Source: Squalus acanthias
Taxonomy: Eukaryota
DNA length: 64,000 nucleotides
Assembly: GCA_030390025.1 (NCBI GenBank)
Contig: CM059427.1
Span: 8,184,001-8,248,000 of the forward strand
Direction: 5' to 3'
The stretch's first letter is position 1. Each line of letters begins with the position of its first letter. The notes under the pieces were generated by a model. That model was not told the DNA's origin. It made no database searches and saw nothing but the letters and a program-made list of their open reading frames with translations. Below are positions 12,201-25,317 of the stretch, piece after piece. The translations under genes were made by a program, and so were the position numbers.

Positions 12201-15200
12201 AAATTGAATAAATTACACAATCGCATTTTCTTAAACATGCTGGCCCGGAATTTCCTGTGAATTTGCACCCAAAGACATGCGCACAGGCTTCAAACTTTCA
12301 TGCTCATGCATCAAGCGGGACTTAAAGAAGAAATATGGCATCAGTTCCGCACTTCCCTTGAACCCCGATTGTTTACGGTGATTCCCACTTGTACTCCGCT
12401 GGTTTCACATTCCGACATATGCAAATGAGATTCCCAGGAAATTTGGGCGTACCTCACCGACAGGAAGATCGCCGTAACTTTCAGCCTAATTTGCCGGTTG
12501 CACTGTTTCAGGAAATTCTGGATCGCTACTTCTTTGCTGTGATTGGAGTATCTTGTTCTTTCTTCATGCACCCTTTATTTCTCCAATACTACTAAAATGT
12601 TTGTTGATCTTTCAGTATTCAGTTCTAAAGAAGGGCTCTACCATAAACATTCACTTGTCTTTTCTGTCTACAGATGCTGACTTACCGTCTTGTGTACTTC
12701 TAGCATTTGCAGTTTTCTTTTCCATTTTATTTGTATTGTTTTTCTTTTGTTTAAAGACAGAAACAGATTTAAAAAAGAACATTGGGAAGAAGAGGCAGTA
12801 GAAGCAGCCTGTAAATAAAGAGGCCCATCAACATCAATAAGATTAAAAGTGTCAGCACCAATCCTGTTAGTCGGCCCTTCAGATCACTTGGTGGAGCTAT
12901 GAATGGTAGCATCCCTGAGCTGCGTGGAGGATGGTAGCTGACTGCAGACCCAATCAGCTGCTCCCTCCTGCCCGCGTCACGTTTTGAATCGTGACGTGGC
13001 TCTGGAACGCCGCCGCCGGTCTGAGATTGGTATGCCTGTGAAAAAAAAGCCCGCGAAAGTGAGTTCAAATACTCACCGGACCTCCGGTCTCGTCGCTCCC
13101 GACACCAGCCTGTGAATGAAAAGCCCGCGAAAGTGAGTTCAAATACTCACTGGACCTCCGGTCTCGTCGCTCCCGACACCAGCCTGTAAATGAAAAGCCC
13201 GCGAAAGTGAGAGCAGGCTGGAGGAGAACCTGTATATTGGAACAGACTGGAGGAGAATCTGTATATTGGTACAGACTGGAGGAGTACCCATATATTGGAA
13301 CAGACAGGAGGAGTACCTGTATAATGGAGCAGACTGGAGGAGTACCTGTATATTGGAACAGACTGGAGGTGTACCTGTATATTGGAACAGACAGGGGCAG
13401 TACCTGTATATTGGAACAGACTGGAGGTGAATCTGTCTATTGGAACAGACTGGAGGTGAATCTGTATATTGCAACAGACTGGAGGAGTACCTGTATATTG
13501 GAACAGACTGGAGGTGAATCTGTATATTGGAACAGGCTAGAGGTGAATCTGTATATTGGAACAGGCTAGAGGTGTACCTGTATATTGGAACAGACTGGAG
13601 GAGTACCTGTATATTGGAACAGACTGGAGGTGTACCTGTATATTGGAACAGACTGGAGGTGTACCTGTATATTGGAACAGACTGGAGGAGAATCAATATA
13701 TTGGAACAGGCTAGAGGTGAATCTGTATATTGGAACAGGCTAGAGGAGTACCTGTATATTGGAACAGACTGGAGGAGAATCTGTATATTGGAACAGACTG
13801 GAGGAGTATCTGTATATTGGAACAGACTGGAGGAGTACCTGTATATTGGAACAGACTGGAGGTGTACCTGTATATTGGAACAGACTGGAGGAGTCCCTGT
13901 ATATTGGAACAGACTGGAGGAGTCCCTGTATATTGGAACAGACTGGAGGAGTCCCTGTATATTGGAACAGACTGGAGGAGAATCGGTATATTGTAGCAGA
14001 CTGGAGGAGTACCTGTATATTCGAGCACACTGGAGGAGTACCTAGCTGTATGTGTCAGTCATGATTCAGTGTTAGCACTCTTGCCTCTGATTCAGACGAT
14101 CGTGCGTTCAAACCCCACTCCAGGGTCTCGGCTAACACTTATTTGAGGTAGTGCCGCACTGTCGAATATGGAATTTTTTGGAGGAGACGTTAAACCAAGG
14201 TTCCGTCCGCCCTGCAAGTAAAGGATCCCATGGCAGTAGTTGAAGAATTGCAGGGGAGATCTCCCAATGTCTTGTCCAATGTTTATCTCTCAACCAACAT
14301 CAGTAAAACAGTTTAATTGATCATTTATCTTATTGCTGCCTGTGGGATCTTGCTGTGCACAAATTAGCTGCGACGTTTCCCTATATTACAACAGTAACCA
14401 CAAAAGTAATTTAATTTGCTGTGAAGCGTTTTGCTACTTCCTGATGCAATGAAAGGCGCTATATAAATGGAAGTTTCTTTTTTTACAATAACAATTGGGA
14501 ACAGTCAACTTTATTTCCCCTCAAGGCCCTGCATGTAGCAAGGATATCAGTGCAGTTGTCTTCTTGTTATCACCATCTGCTGCTCCACTGTTTCAACAAG
14601 TATTCCTGCTTCCTTGTATGTGTGTGTGTGTGCTGTATTAAGTTATGCAAGTTTTACAGGCATCTGATCATAATTTAGACACATTGTCGATGGTTCTCGA
14701 TTGCTCGCACAGCCTGCCATACAGATTAACTTGTATATTGTTCGCAAGATCTTAGGATATAGAGAAATTGAAGCACACTTGCAAGCTACCACTTTCCATG
14801 AATATGGATAGACGCTAAATATAATTTGTTTCTGCACATCTATACAGTGAAACTGCCTCAGAAAATGAGGCAGCCAAACCCACACTGATATGGTTCAAAA
14901 TGCAGTTATTTTCCATGAGGGGAGAGTTACTGCCCTGGAGGGATAGGCTTCGATGGACTAAATGGCCCCTTCACAATCCAGACTTTGTTTTAAATGTAAT
15001 CAATGATTGTGTACTGTCTCCTGCAGTCAAGCTTTCTATCACTTAACCACGACAACTTAATTCATTTAATCTTCTCTCCTCCACTTTTCAACCATGGTGC
15101 TGTGCTGCACCATGGGCCTTGGCCCTTTAGCTGGGTGTCTCAATAAAATGGAAAAGTGATCGAGCGCCTATGGTGAAAGTGACTGCAGAGAGGCATATGC

Positions 15201-15832
15201 TCTATCAAAGTGAGTAGTTCCACTCTACTTGCTGTAGCGCAAAGATTTCCCTGGTGAAAAACATGGCAGTTTCTTTCCAAGGTGTCACAGCCTCTAAGGC
15301 CTAACATAATCACAGGCTGCTCTGTTTTAGTGTACATTAGTTCAGGTGCAACAGGACCCAAAGTCATATTTCTGATGTTTTATGGAGATTTTTTAAATTT
15401 CTCCTCACTGAGACCTGCCATGCAATGCAATTCTGTATCTTTGAATGCATTTTATGACAACAAAATGATTTGCATTAAAAATTGAATAAATTACACAATC
15501 GCATTTTCTTAAACATGCTGGCCCGGAATTTCCTGTGAATTTGCACCCAAAGACATGCGCACAGGCTTCAAACTTTCATGCTCATGCATCAAGCGGGATT
15601 TAAAGAAGAAATATGGCATCAGTTCCGCACTTCCCTTGAACCCCGATTGTTTACGGTGATTCCCACTTGTACTCCACTGGTTTCACATTCCGACATATGC
15701 AAATGAGATTCCCAGGAAATTTGGGCGTACCTCACCGACAGGAAGATCGCCGTAACTTTCAGCCTAATTTGCCGGTTGCACTGTTTCAGGAAATTCTGGA
15801 TCGCTACTTCTTTGCTGTGATTGGAGTATCTT

Positions 15833-16598
15833 TTACCTGAATGGTGGCAGATTAGGGAAAGGGGACGTGCAACGAGACCTGGGCGTCATGGTACATCAGT
15901 CACTGAAGGTGGGAATGCAAGTGCAGCAGGCAGTCAAGAAAGCAAACGGAATGATGGCCTTCATAGCAAGGGGATTTGAGTACAGGAGTAGGGAGGTGAT
16001 GCTACAGTTGTACAGGGCCTTGGTGAGGCCACACCTGGAGTATTGTGCGCAGTTTTGGTCTCCTAACTTAAGGAAGGACATTCTTGCTATTGAGGGAGTG
16101 CAGCGAAGGTTCACTAGATTGATTCCTGGGATGGCCGGACTGACATATCAAGAAAGATTGGGTCAACTGAACTTGTATCCTCTGGAGTTCAGAAGAATGA
16201 GGGGGGATCTTATAGAGACATTTAAAATCCTGACTGGTTTAGACAAATTAGATGCGGGCAGAATGTTCCCAATGGTAGGGAAAACTAGAACCAGGGGTCA
16301 CAGTCTAAGGATTAAGGGGAAGCCATTTAGGACTGAGCTGAGGAGGAACTTCTTCACCCAGAGAGTGGTGAATCTATGGAATTCTCTTCCACAGAAGGTT
16401 GTTGAGGCCAGTTCGCTAAATATATTCAAAAGGGAGTTAGATATAACACTCACAACTAGGGGGATCAAGGGGTATGGCGAGAAAGCAGGAATGGGGTACT
16501 GAGGTAGCATGTTCAGCCATGAACGCATTGAATGGCGGTGCAGGCTCGAAGGACCGAATGGTCTACTCCTGTACCTATTTTCTATGTTTCTATGTTTC
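15833..16598 (+). mobile_element. 5'-truncated CR1 (RT C-terminus + 3' UTR), present only in triplication copy 3
   Basis: Open 211-aa ORF 15867..16502, (TTTCTATG)n tail, 6-bp TSD TATCTT at 15827-15832 and 16599-16604; empty site visible in copies 1 and 2. Confidence 0.95.
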
Positions 16599-17613
16599 TA
16601 TCTTGTTCTTTCTTCATGCACCCTTTATTTCTCCAATACTACTAAAATGTTTGTTGATCTTTCAGTATTCAGTTCTAAAGAAGGGCTCTACCATAAACAT
16701 TCACTTGTCTTTTCTGTCTACAGATGCTGACTTACCGTCTTGTGTACTTCTAGCATTTGCAGTTTTCTTTTCCATTTTATTTGTATTGTTTTTCTTTTGT
16801 TTAAAGACAGAAACAGATTTAAAAAAGAACATTGGGAAGAAGAGGCAGTAGAAGCAGCCTGTAAATAAAGAGGCCCAGCAACATCAATAAGATTAAAAGT
16901 GTCAGCACCAATCCTGTTAGTCGGCCCTTCAGATCACTTGGTGGAGCTATGAATGGTAGCATCCCTGAGCTGCGTGGAGGATGGTAGCTGACTGCAGACC
17001 AGTGCTGAAAGTCAGTTGATCAGAGAGCCATATTCAGATGACAGTGTCACTTGGCCAAGGTCTGCAACATTGGCCTTGCTGATATTACAGTTCTTGTGGA
17101 CAATCAAAATCCTGGCCAACATTTAGAGATAGTTCATTAATTTCCAACAGATTTTGGGATCCTACTTTCTGAACTTATTATATCCCAATCATTTCATCCT
17201 CTAATACGTGTAGCTATTTTATATGTTGATCGCGTAATAACCTTCTTAAAAAAATTCAATCAAAATTTAAAGCATAAGCTTTCTAAACATAACTTTTATT
17301 GATCCGCTTTGGTTGGGTCTTAATTCTCCACTCTTTATCCCCATGCACATTTGATGGAGCTGCTCACCAGGATACTCGTGAGGAGTTCCTGGTACTTGCT
17401 GTCTGCATCAGTGGAATTCAAACCTGTCGTCTTTACTCCTTGTGACCAACTTGATAATCTGACACCTGAGCCAAGCAGATTTACGGGTGTAAAACGGGCG
17501 CAATCAGACCAAATTTTGGGTACCAACATTCCACGCCTAAAGGAATTGATTTTCTTTATCTGATTGAACTACTGTGCGTTTCCAGCATTTTCTGTGTTTA
17601 TTTCAAATATCTA

Positions 17614-18506
17614 GGGGTAGAAATTAGGTCGCGCCCCATTTGGGGCGCAAATATCGTCTGGACGCAAATATTAGCGCCTGGCGCTAATTATCGGCACTGA
17701 CTGGAAACTTCACTTTTACCGCCCCGGGAGGTGAGTGGAGCGCTAAATCAGGCGCTGCACACCTGTCTTAAGGCGCAAAGGCCAAGGAGTGAGGCGCTAA
17801 CTCAGAGCGCTGGCGAAGCTCATGTAATGTCAGTCAGCAATGGAACACACACACAATGGCACGGGCCAGTTCTTAAAGGGGATGGTTAATCTTGCTTTCC
17901 ATCCACATCCTGTTCATTGCAGCCTTGAATCTCGGCCTGGAGAGACTTGCACATCAAATGTGCTGGAAAGAACAATGGAGAGTACCAGGCAAAGAGCTCA
18001 GAGTGCAGCTCCCACAGTCTCTGCTAAATCGATACAAGGAATGGCAAATCAAAATGAACCTGCAAAGTGCTGCTCAGTACCCAAAACTCTTTCACACAAC
18101 GTTGAATCTCTCCAGAAGTCTCTCCCTCTCTCTCTCAGAATGCGTAGTTCAAAAATGCCACCAACAATAAAAGACAGGAAGAGGTCCCCTTTAAATAGCG
18201 CCACCCCCAGCCCCACAGCGATTGATAGCGTTCCAGTCTTCTGGTCGTTGGATGCGCCAGGCGGTAAGGCAGGGGGCGCCACTCAATTTCCGCTCCGGGG
18301 CGCCACAAGGGCGTTGCACCATGGAATGACGTCACAATCTGCGCGCGCAGGTGGTCGCAGCGGTAAGTTTTAGCACCGCCGCACAATCTCAAGTTAAGTT
18401 CTCGAGCGGCGCAAACATCGCTGCGCCCGGGCGTTAGCGGCTTTGCGCCCCATTAGCGCCCTCTTAAGGCGCTAATGGGAGGCGCAACCAACTGAATTTT
18501 TACCCC
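17614..18506. mobile_element. Harbinger non-autonomous element, subfamily A
   Basis: TIRs GGGGTARAAATT, TSD CTA, subterminal (TA)GCGCC repeats; inverted homolog at 25318-26214. Confidence 0.9.
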
Positions 18507-19213
18507 CTAGTATTTGTGGTTTCTCTCTTTATCTGATCAGTGTTGATGTTTGACAATAGGTTGATCACGGAGTTCTATAATTATCCTAGTAGAATGTGTG
18601 CTATTTATTTTAGTGATTGTTGCTTCTCTTGTCCCCATGGTTTCTGTATTACTTTGCTTATCTGCTAATTTCTATTGTCCATATTTGACATTAGTACTTA
18701 CTGTTAAATTTTGCACATTTGTTAACTAGGTCTTGTTGAGGGTAATATTTTCTTCAGTTTCAATTAGTATGGAGCACCGGGTTTTCTACTCTTTGATGGT
18801 TTGAGGGCATCCAGTTATACCGTTCTGTAATCTTTTATTTCTGACAACCACTATAACTCTTCCCTGGCAAATGAAACCATACCAATACCCTCTGGTCTTC
18901 TGTTAAGTTTGTATAAATTGCCTTCTTCTTTGTAAAGAATCCGTTTTCTATTCCATTTCGATTCCAGTACAGTATGATTTTCTGCTAGGTTTTTGCAATC
19001 ATTTTACATTCACTGTGTAACTCAAGCACTCTGTTGCTAAAAGGCTGTGCTTTGCACTTATACACATTCTTTGATCTGTCTTACCAATTGCTTCAGAATG
19101 GGTGACTGGATCTTCCTCCGGCTTATTTATACCAGGCCAATCATTTACTTTTTCCTCTCCCATCTGTACTGCGCGTAAGCTGCTGTCAGTACGTTGTGTA
19201 ATGCAATGTCTGG

Positions 19214-20292
19214 GGGGGAAAAATTCGGTTGGTTAGCGCTTCCCGTTAGCACCTCCGGGGGGCGCTAACGGGGCGCTAGGAAATTAGTGCCCGAGCGCAG
19301 TGATTTTAGCGCCGCTCGCAAAATTGACCAGTCGTTTTGCGGCGGGGCTAAACACTATCGCCATGATCTCCTGCGCCCGCAGATCGTGACGTCAGTCGAG
19401 TGTGCAACGCCCCGGTAGCGCCCCAGACCGGATATTGAGTCGCGCCCCCTGCCTTAGCGCCTGCCACTAGGAACGACAGGTCGAGGGGAACGTTTTCAAG
19501 TCAGGAAGGGGCTGGGCGAGCACTATTTAAAGGCGAGTGCTTCCTGCCTTTTCTCGCTAGCAGAACCTTTGGTTTTAACGCTGACCTAAGGAGTTTTGGC
19601 CCTCAGCACCACTTTTGAGGTTCCTAAGCGCCAAGCTCTTTCCCTGGGCCTATCCATTAGTGCTTCCAACACAATTGCTTTTGAGGTCTCTCCAGGCCGA
19701 GATTCAAGGCTGCAATGAGCAGGGTGTAGCTGGCCAGCAAGATGGCCCCTCCCCTTTAAGAACTGGACGGTGCCAGTCTGTCTGGCTTCCATGGTAACGG
19801 TCATCGCTTGAGCTTTGGTAGTGTTTAAGGTAGCGCCTCGCTCCCTGACGTTTGCGCCTTAAGTGAGATTTAGCGCTCAAATCACCTCCAGGAGCGGTAG
19901 ATGCGAATTTTGCAGTCGGAGATGATAATTAGCGCCGGGCGCTAAAATTTGCGCCCGGCTGATATTAGCGCCCCAAAATGGGCGATACTGAAATTTCCCC
20001 CCATTATATACACACAGATATACATACAAATACACACAGATATATAGATATACACACGCGCGCACACACGTATATACATACACACATATAAATACGCATG
20101 TAAATATAGAAACACTCATGCACATATACACACATACATATGTATGTGGGTGATGCATCTCCTATCAGAACTTGTTGAGCAATATGACCTTTATTCCACT
20201 TTCTCTTTTCCTCAAGTCTTTTCCTTTACCTCATCATTTTCTATTTACGTTTTTTAAGAAATATATTTTCAAAAATACCGAATTTTTCCCCC
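19214..20292. mobile_element. Composite Harbinger MITE: subfamily B (19214-20002) + captured flank + outer TIR
   Basis: Perfect 16-bp TIR gggggaaaaattcggt (19214-19229) / accgaatttttccccc (20277-20292), TSD TGG; an inner TIR ends at 20002. Confidence 0.85.
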
Positions 20293-20394
20293 TGGGTGTC
20301 CACTCAGACAAGTTTTAATGAATCAATTTCTAATCTTTGTCAATAGCATGGGCGTGATGACAATCAGTAACAGTAAAACTGCTACTATTTCTTT

Positions 20395-20462
20395 AAATAA
20401 ATTTAAAAATAATTTCTCAAATAAAACTGTTGGACTATAACCTGGTGTTGTGCGACCTCTCA
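20395..20462 (+). mobile_element. Short Penelope-like 3' terminal fragment
   Basis: aaataaaactgttggactataacctggtgttgtgcgac terminus shared with the 27020, 31680 and 34681 copies; 11-bp TSD ACTATTTCTTT. Confidence 0.8.
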
Positions 20463-20779
20463 ACTATTTCTTTGAACAGGGTCTTCATTTAAATGTAGAG
20501 GCCGCAACATCGTAATGAAGAAGGAATGATCGGTAAACCTGTTGAAAACACTATCATATTCTAATCCGTTCAGCAGGGCCTAATGCATTCAGAGAAGGGG
20601 TTGATCAGTGATCAGCCATGGTAATGGATTCCAAGACACCTTAACTTCACTCATGCACATAGCAGATAAATCTCATTGTCATGTTATATTAGGAAATTTG
20701 AGCCTTGTCTGACGCTCCAGTCAAACTGACCTTTGATCATTAATCACACAAATTTCTTTAGCTACCGCTTCCTGTGGAC

Positions 20780-21320
20780 TTGATGGAACTTCACTAACAG
20801 CTCAGCTAAAGAGGCAGGGGAACTAATTGCTTTTTGTCTGCTATCATGGCTGATGGGTGAGAAGCCGAAACCCAATTTAACTGGTAATTGCTACGTTCAT
20901 GAAGAACAGCATCAAAGCCTTGATGTGTTTTGCTGTTTTCTCCAGGAGGGGGAGGTGATGGTGGGGGGGGGGGGGGCGGGGGCGGGGGCGGAGGGGGGGA
21001 GTGGGGGGGCGGTGGATGCGGGCGAAGCTCATGTCTAATTTGAATGCTGATACGGCTTGTAACTGTTCGGGTGCTCTTGCAATTAAACCAATTTTTTTTT
21101 TTAATTTTCCCGTTGTGCATATTCCTCTGAACGGAGATTAGCTTGCTGAGCTCACTGTGAAAGCCCAAGCATGTCAAGTCTGACATTGTGCATTTAACAT
21201 ACACGTGCACGCAGAATCAATAAAGCAACAGAATTTTCTACTTCGTCCCCTGATCAATCAAATTAGTAGAATGGGTGGATTATTGTTTAATCATGACAGT
21301 TTAGTGCCTGCTGTGTAAGA
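20780..21320. promoter_or_regulatory. Candidate conserved non-coding enhancer
   Basis: Repeat-free apart from a G-rich tract at ~20946-21025; canonical PBX site ATCAATCAA (21253-21261) near MEIS site TGACAG (21294-21299), many TAAT cores; conservation not tested. Confidence 0.4.
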
Positions 21321-22774
21321 TAGTCTTTACATTCCATAACCTATTTATTTTCAAAGGCCTGTTTTATTGCATTAACATAAGTTTGAAGGTGAAGGGTTTT
21401 GTACATCAAACACATTTGAACACAAATCTAACAATTTTGTTCCCTAATTTTGTTATAGATCCTTTTTGTTTCTCTGAAATTGATATATATCCACAGTTTA
21501 TGGCATAAGCAAGCAAACATCATACATGACAAAATATTATTTGGATGGCATGCCACTATAACAAAATATTGAGCTAAAAATCATAACTGTTATAACAATG
21601 ATTCTGTAAGACTACCGCTAAAATATGAATTCAATCAAAACTAGGTAGCATCAATCAAATGTTCCTGTCACGTGACAGCATTTGTGCCTTCTGGTTAGTA
21701 GCTGTATTATGCAGACACTGGCTAAGTCAATAGCAGTGTCAGTACAATTTAAAGGCTGTATGTTATCCCATTGCCATTGGCAAGATGGGGAGTCATCAGC
21801 ACTATTATGGTATCAGCTTAAAACTGCCTAATTGGTTACCGTAATGGCACATCTCCTAGCACCATATCAAAACTGGAGGCAAAAGTCTCTTGTATATTTT
21901 TGTAATAGAGTCTTCATATATATGTGAACATCATTGTGCTAGCTTTGATACTCCAAAATGGCCATATTGTAAAATATTTCCTGATGAACTATAGCTTTTA
22001 AATGGGTACTGTTTTGCAAAGAAAGTTCTTGATGCTGTATAGCCTTTAATTTGTGGTTTAATGTATATAGTTTTAAGACACTATTATAAATTTCTCTTTA
22101 CTTTTCAAATGTTTTGACAACTAGTGCTTGGTGAACCATTTTTGACAAATGTTGATGCTATAATTTATGCTTTAGTGTCTTTTTTGGGGATTATACTTGC
22201 TATATTTATATTATCACAGTGATAAATGCTTATCGTACTATGTGATGCTTCTAAATGTTAGCCTTTCTTCGTATTTATTATTATGCTGACTGCACTGCAA
22301 TGAATTGGGTCATTTGACATCTTACAGAACCTGTAACTGTTTGTCTCAGCTATGCTCACTGTATCAATATAAAACAACATAAAATCCATACTGGAGTTCA
22401 GCTTTACGCTAAGTAAATGTTCACACCATTATTCCTTTGGTGGAAAATAGAGGCCAATTTCTTCCCATCGTGGAAGTTTAAATTTTCTCTATTCCAATCA
22501 GGCTGTGTGTTTGAGCAAAGGAACATTTTGTATTACTTTTATGGATTAGATAATGTTAAAACAGGCTGGATGTGCTACTACTGGACCTAGGCCAAAAATG
22601 TTCAGTTCTGGAAATGGGTTAATATTAAAATAATTGTTAAAATAGCAGAAAAAAGAATTTCACATGATTGTATTCACACTTTCGTTACTAGTATTGCACA
22701 GCATGATTTTAACCCATAGACAATAAACATTAAAATCCAAGAGAAACAAATAGATTTGTTAAGGTTTAAAACCT

Positions 22775-23268
22775 TAGGCACTGGAGAAAGTGCAAACAAG
22801 ATTTACAAGGATGATACCAGAACTGAGAGGTTATAACTATCAGGAAAGATTGAACAGGCTGGGGCTCTTTTCTCTAGAAAAGAAAAGGCTGAGAGGTGAG
22901 CTGATAGAGGTCTTTAAAATTCTGAAGGGGTTCGATAGGGTAGATGTAGAGAAAATGTTTCTACTTGTGGGTGAGTCCAAAACTAGGGGCCATAAATATA
23001 AGATAGTCACTAATAAATCCAATAGAGAATTCAAGAAAAACCTCTTTACTTAGAGAGTGGTTAGAATGTGGAACCTGCCACTACATGAAGTAGTTGAGGC
23101 AAAAACATAGATGCATTTAAGGGGAAGCTAGATAAGTACACGAGGGAGAAAGGAATAGAAGGATATGTCGATAGCATGAGATGAAGTAAGGTGGAAGGAG
23201 GCTCGTGTGGAGCATGAACATAGACCAGTTGGGCCGAATAGCCTGTTTCCGTGCTGTAAATTCTATGT
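22775..23268 (+). mobile_element. Decayed CR1 3' fragment
   Basis: ORF 22790..23053 (RFTRMIPELRG...RLRGELIEVFKI) followed by a CR1-like 3' UTR. Confidence 0.85.
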
Positions 23269-23521
23269 AAAAACAAGGTTTACATACGTTAGCTCCCACT
23301 ACCTTACTGATCTTACCTTATGAATTGGCTAACTTGTCCAGTTTGGATTTAACTAATTGCCTTATTGCAATTTTGATACTGGTATTAAAGGAGTATCTCC
23401 AAATTACATACTCAGACTGATGCACCATTATACTCTCATCTCCAGTGCATGGAAAATTAAGAACAAACTTAAGAATTAACCCTATCTATTGGCTGCAAAG
23501 GCCATTGTCTGACTAGATAAT

Positions 23522-24283
23522 GGGCCCGTAATTTCCGATAGGAGGCTTCCTGCATGCGGAGGCCTCCGATTTGGAAAAAAATCTACAGACTTACCTGAGG
23601 GCTCCCGAGGTCCGGACACTTCCGATCCTGGGCCTCTCCAAACTCGAAATGTGCAGGGCCCACGTATCCCAGAGGCGCATGCGGTTCGCAAGCGTCCCTG
23701 GGATCACGTGGGCCATGGGGAGCCAATCAAAGAAGGGAATCTCCCTTCATACACTTGACAAATAGACCTGTGAAATATATGAATGGAGATCATCTCCAAA
23801 AACACTGTAAAACATTAAATAAACTTTTTTATTAAATCACATTTTTAAAATTAGTTGACATTACAATAAATTAAATATTTTTTAAAAAATTAAATTTTTT
23901 GAAAAAAATAATTAAATCTTTTTACGGGGCTAAAAATAAACTTACCTTTTTTAAAGTATTTTAAAATGAAAAATGAGTAAAAACATTTTTTTTTTACTTT
24001 TTTCAAATCTTATGCTGGTAAAAGCAGGCCTTACACCTGCTTTTACCAGGCGTAAGATTTCTAAAGGTTTTTTGTGGGCGGAGGTTCTCCAGAAAGCGGA
24101 ACTCTTCCCCCCACAGAGGCCCATCTCTAGGGCAGGCGTTCGATCTGTCAAGAGCATTCTTGACAGATCAGAAATGCCGGTTTTCAGCGCATGCGCTTGG
24201 CATGCCTGAAACAGGCATTTCCAATGTCCCTACGGGTGTGTACACAGCGCGTACCCAACCGTAGGCATCGGAATATCCGGGCC
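23522..24283. mobile_element. Harbinger-type MITE, family C
   Basis: Imperfect TIRs ggcccgtaatttccgat / atcggaatatccgggcc, flanks aat/att, AT-rich core; related to 39540-40284 and 50472-52358. Confidence 0.8.
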
Positions 24284-24439
24284 ATTGTTAAAACAGCCTG
24301 GATTAGGTACTACAATAGGCCTAATACATCTGGTTCTGGAAACAGGTTAATGTAAAAGGGGTTAAAATAGCAAAGGAACTTCATGCAAATATATTAGCTC
24401 ATTCACTACTAGAATCACACAGCATGATTTAAATAATAG

Positions 24440-25190
24440 GGGGGAAAAATTGTGTATCGCCCATTTTGGGGCGCTAATATCGGCTGGGCGCAAAGTTTAG
24501 CCCGTATCGCCCCGGAGGTGATTTGAGCGCTAAATCAAGCGCTACACACCTCTCTTAAGGCACAAACGTCAGGGAGCAAGGCGCTACCTCAGAATGCTAC
24601 TGAAACTCAGGCGATGCCAGTTACCATGGAAGCCAGACAGACTGGCGCCATCCAGTTCTTAAAGAGGAGGGGCCAGCTACACCCTGCTCCATTGCAGCCT
24701 TGAATCTCGGCCTGGAGACCTCAAAAGCAATTGTGTTGGAAGCACTAATGGATAGGCCCAGGGAAAGAGCTCGGCGCTTAGGAACCTCAAAAGTGGTGCT
24801 GAGGTCCAAAACTTCTTAGGAGAGCGTTAAAACCAAAAATATTGCCGACAAGAAAAGGCAGGAAGCGCCCACCTTTAAATAGCGCTCCCCCAGCCCCTTC
24901 CCGACTTGAAAACGTTCCCCTCTACCTGTCGTTCCTAGTGGCAGGCGCTAAGGCAGGGGGCGCGACTCAATATCCAGTCCGGGGTGCTACCGGGACGTTA
25001 TATGCTCGACTGATGTCACGATCTGCGGGCGCAGGAGATCGTGGTGGTAGTGTTTAGCGCCGCCGCAAAACGACTGATCAATTTCGCGAGCGGCGCTAAA
25101 ATCGCCACGTTCGGGCGCTAAGTTCCTAGCGCCCAGTTAGCGCCCCCCAGAGGCGCAACGGGAGGCGCTAACCAACAGAATTTTTCTCCC
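24440..25190. mobile_element. Harbinger MITE, subfamily B
   Basis: TIRs GGGGGAAAAATT / GGGAGAAAAATT, TSD TAG. Confidence 0.9.
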
Positions 25191-25317
25191 TAGGGGTGTA
25201 ACAACCATAAGTACGTCTCCTTTTATCAAAAGCTGTGGACTTTGGGAAAGGAAATCAGTGTTTGATCTTAGAAAACAGCACCTTGGGGTAAAGAATCTAA
25301 AATGCACTAGAAACATA

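Larger units (their letters stand above)
6392..17000 (+). repeat. Tandem triplication of a 3278-bp unit (6392-9669, 9670-12947, 12948-17000 including a 772-bp insertion)
   Basis: Identical ORF translations at +3278 offsets; junction microhomology ACC. Confidence 0.97.

Noticed and set aside
1298-14064. Repetitive ORFs (YWNRLEEYLYIGTDWR...) as a repeat protein
   Set aside because: The 29-bp unit lacks stops and cycles through all frames on both strands; these are translation artefacts of the satellite
17840-18373. 177-aa ORF in MITE subfamily A as a novel gene
   Set aside because: The frame is not preserved in the sister copy at 25318-26214; only a few codons resemble the Myb start
19877-20158. 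Cys/Val/Tyr-rich ORF repeated at 52493..52774
   Set aside because: Translation of a TG/TA microsatellite; the duplication is explained by the MITE capture event
20806-21210. Poly-proline ORF as a host exon
   Set aside because: Arises from a G-run tract; no domain or convincing splice context
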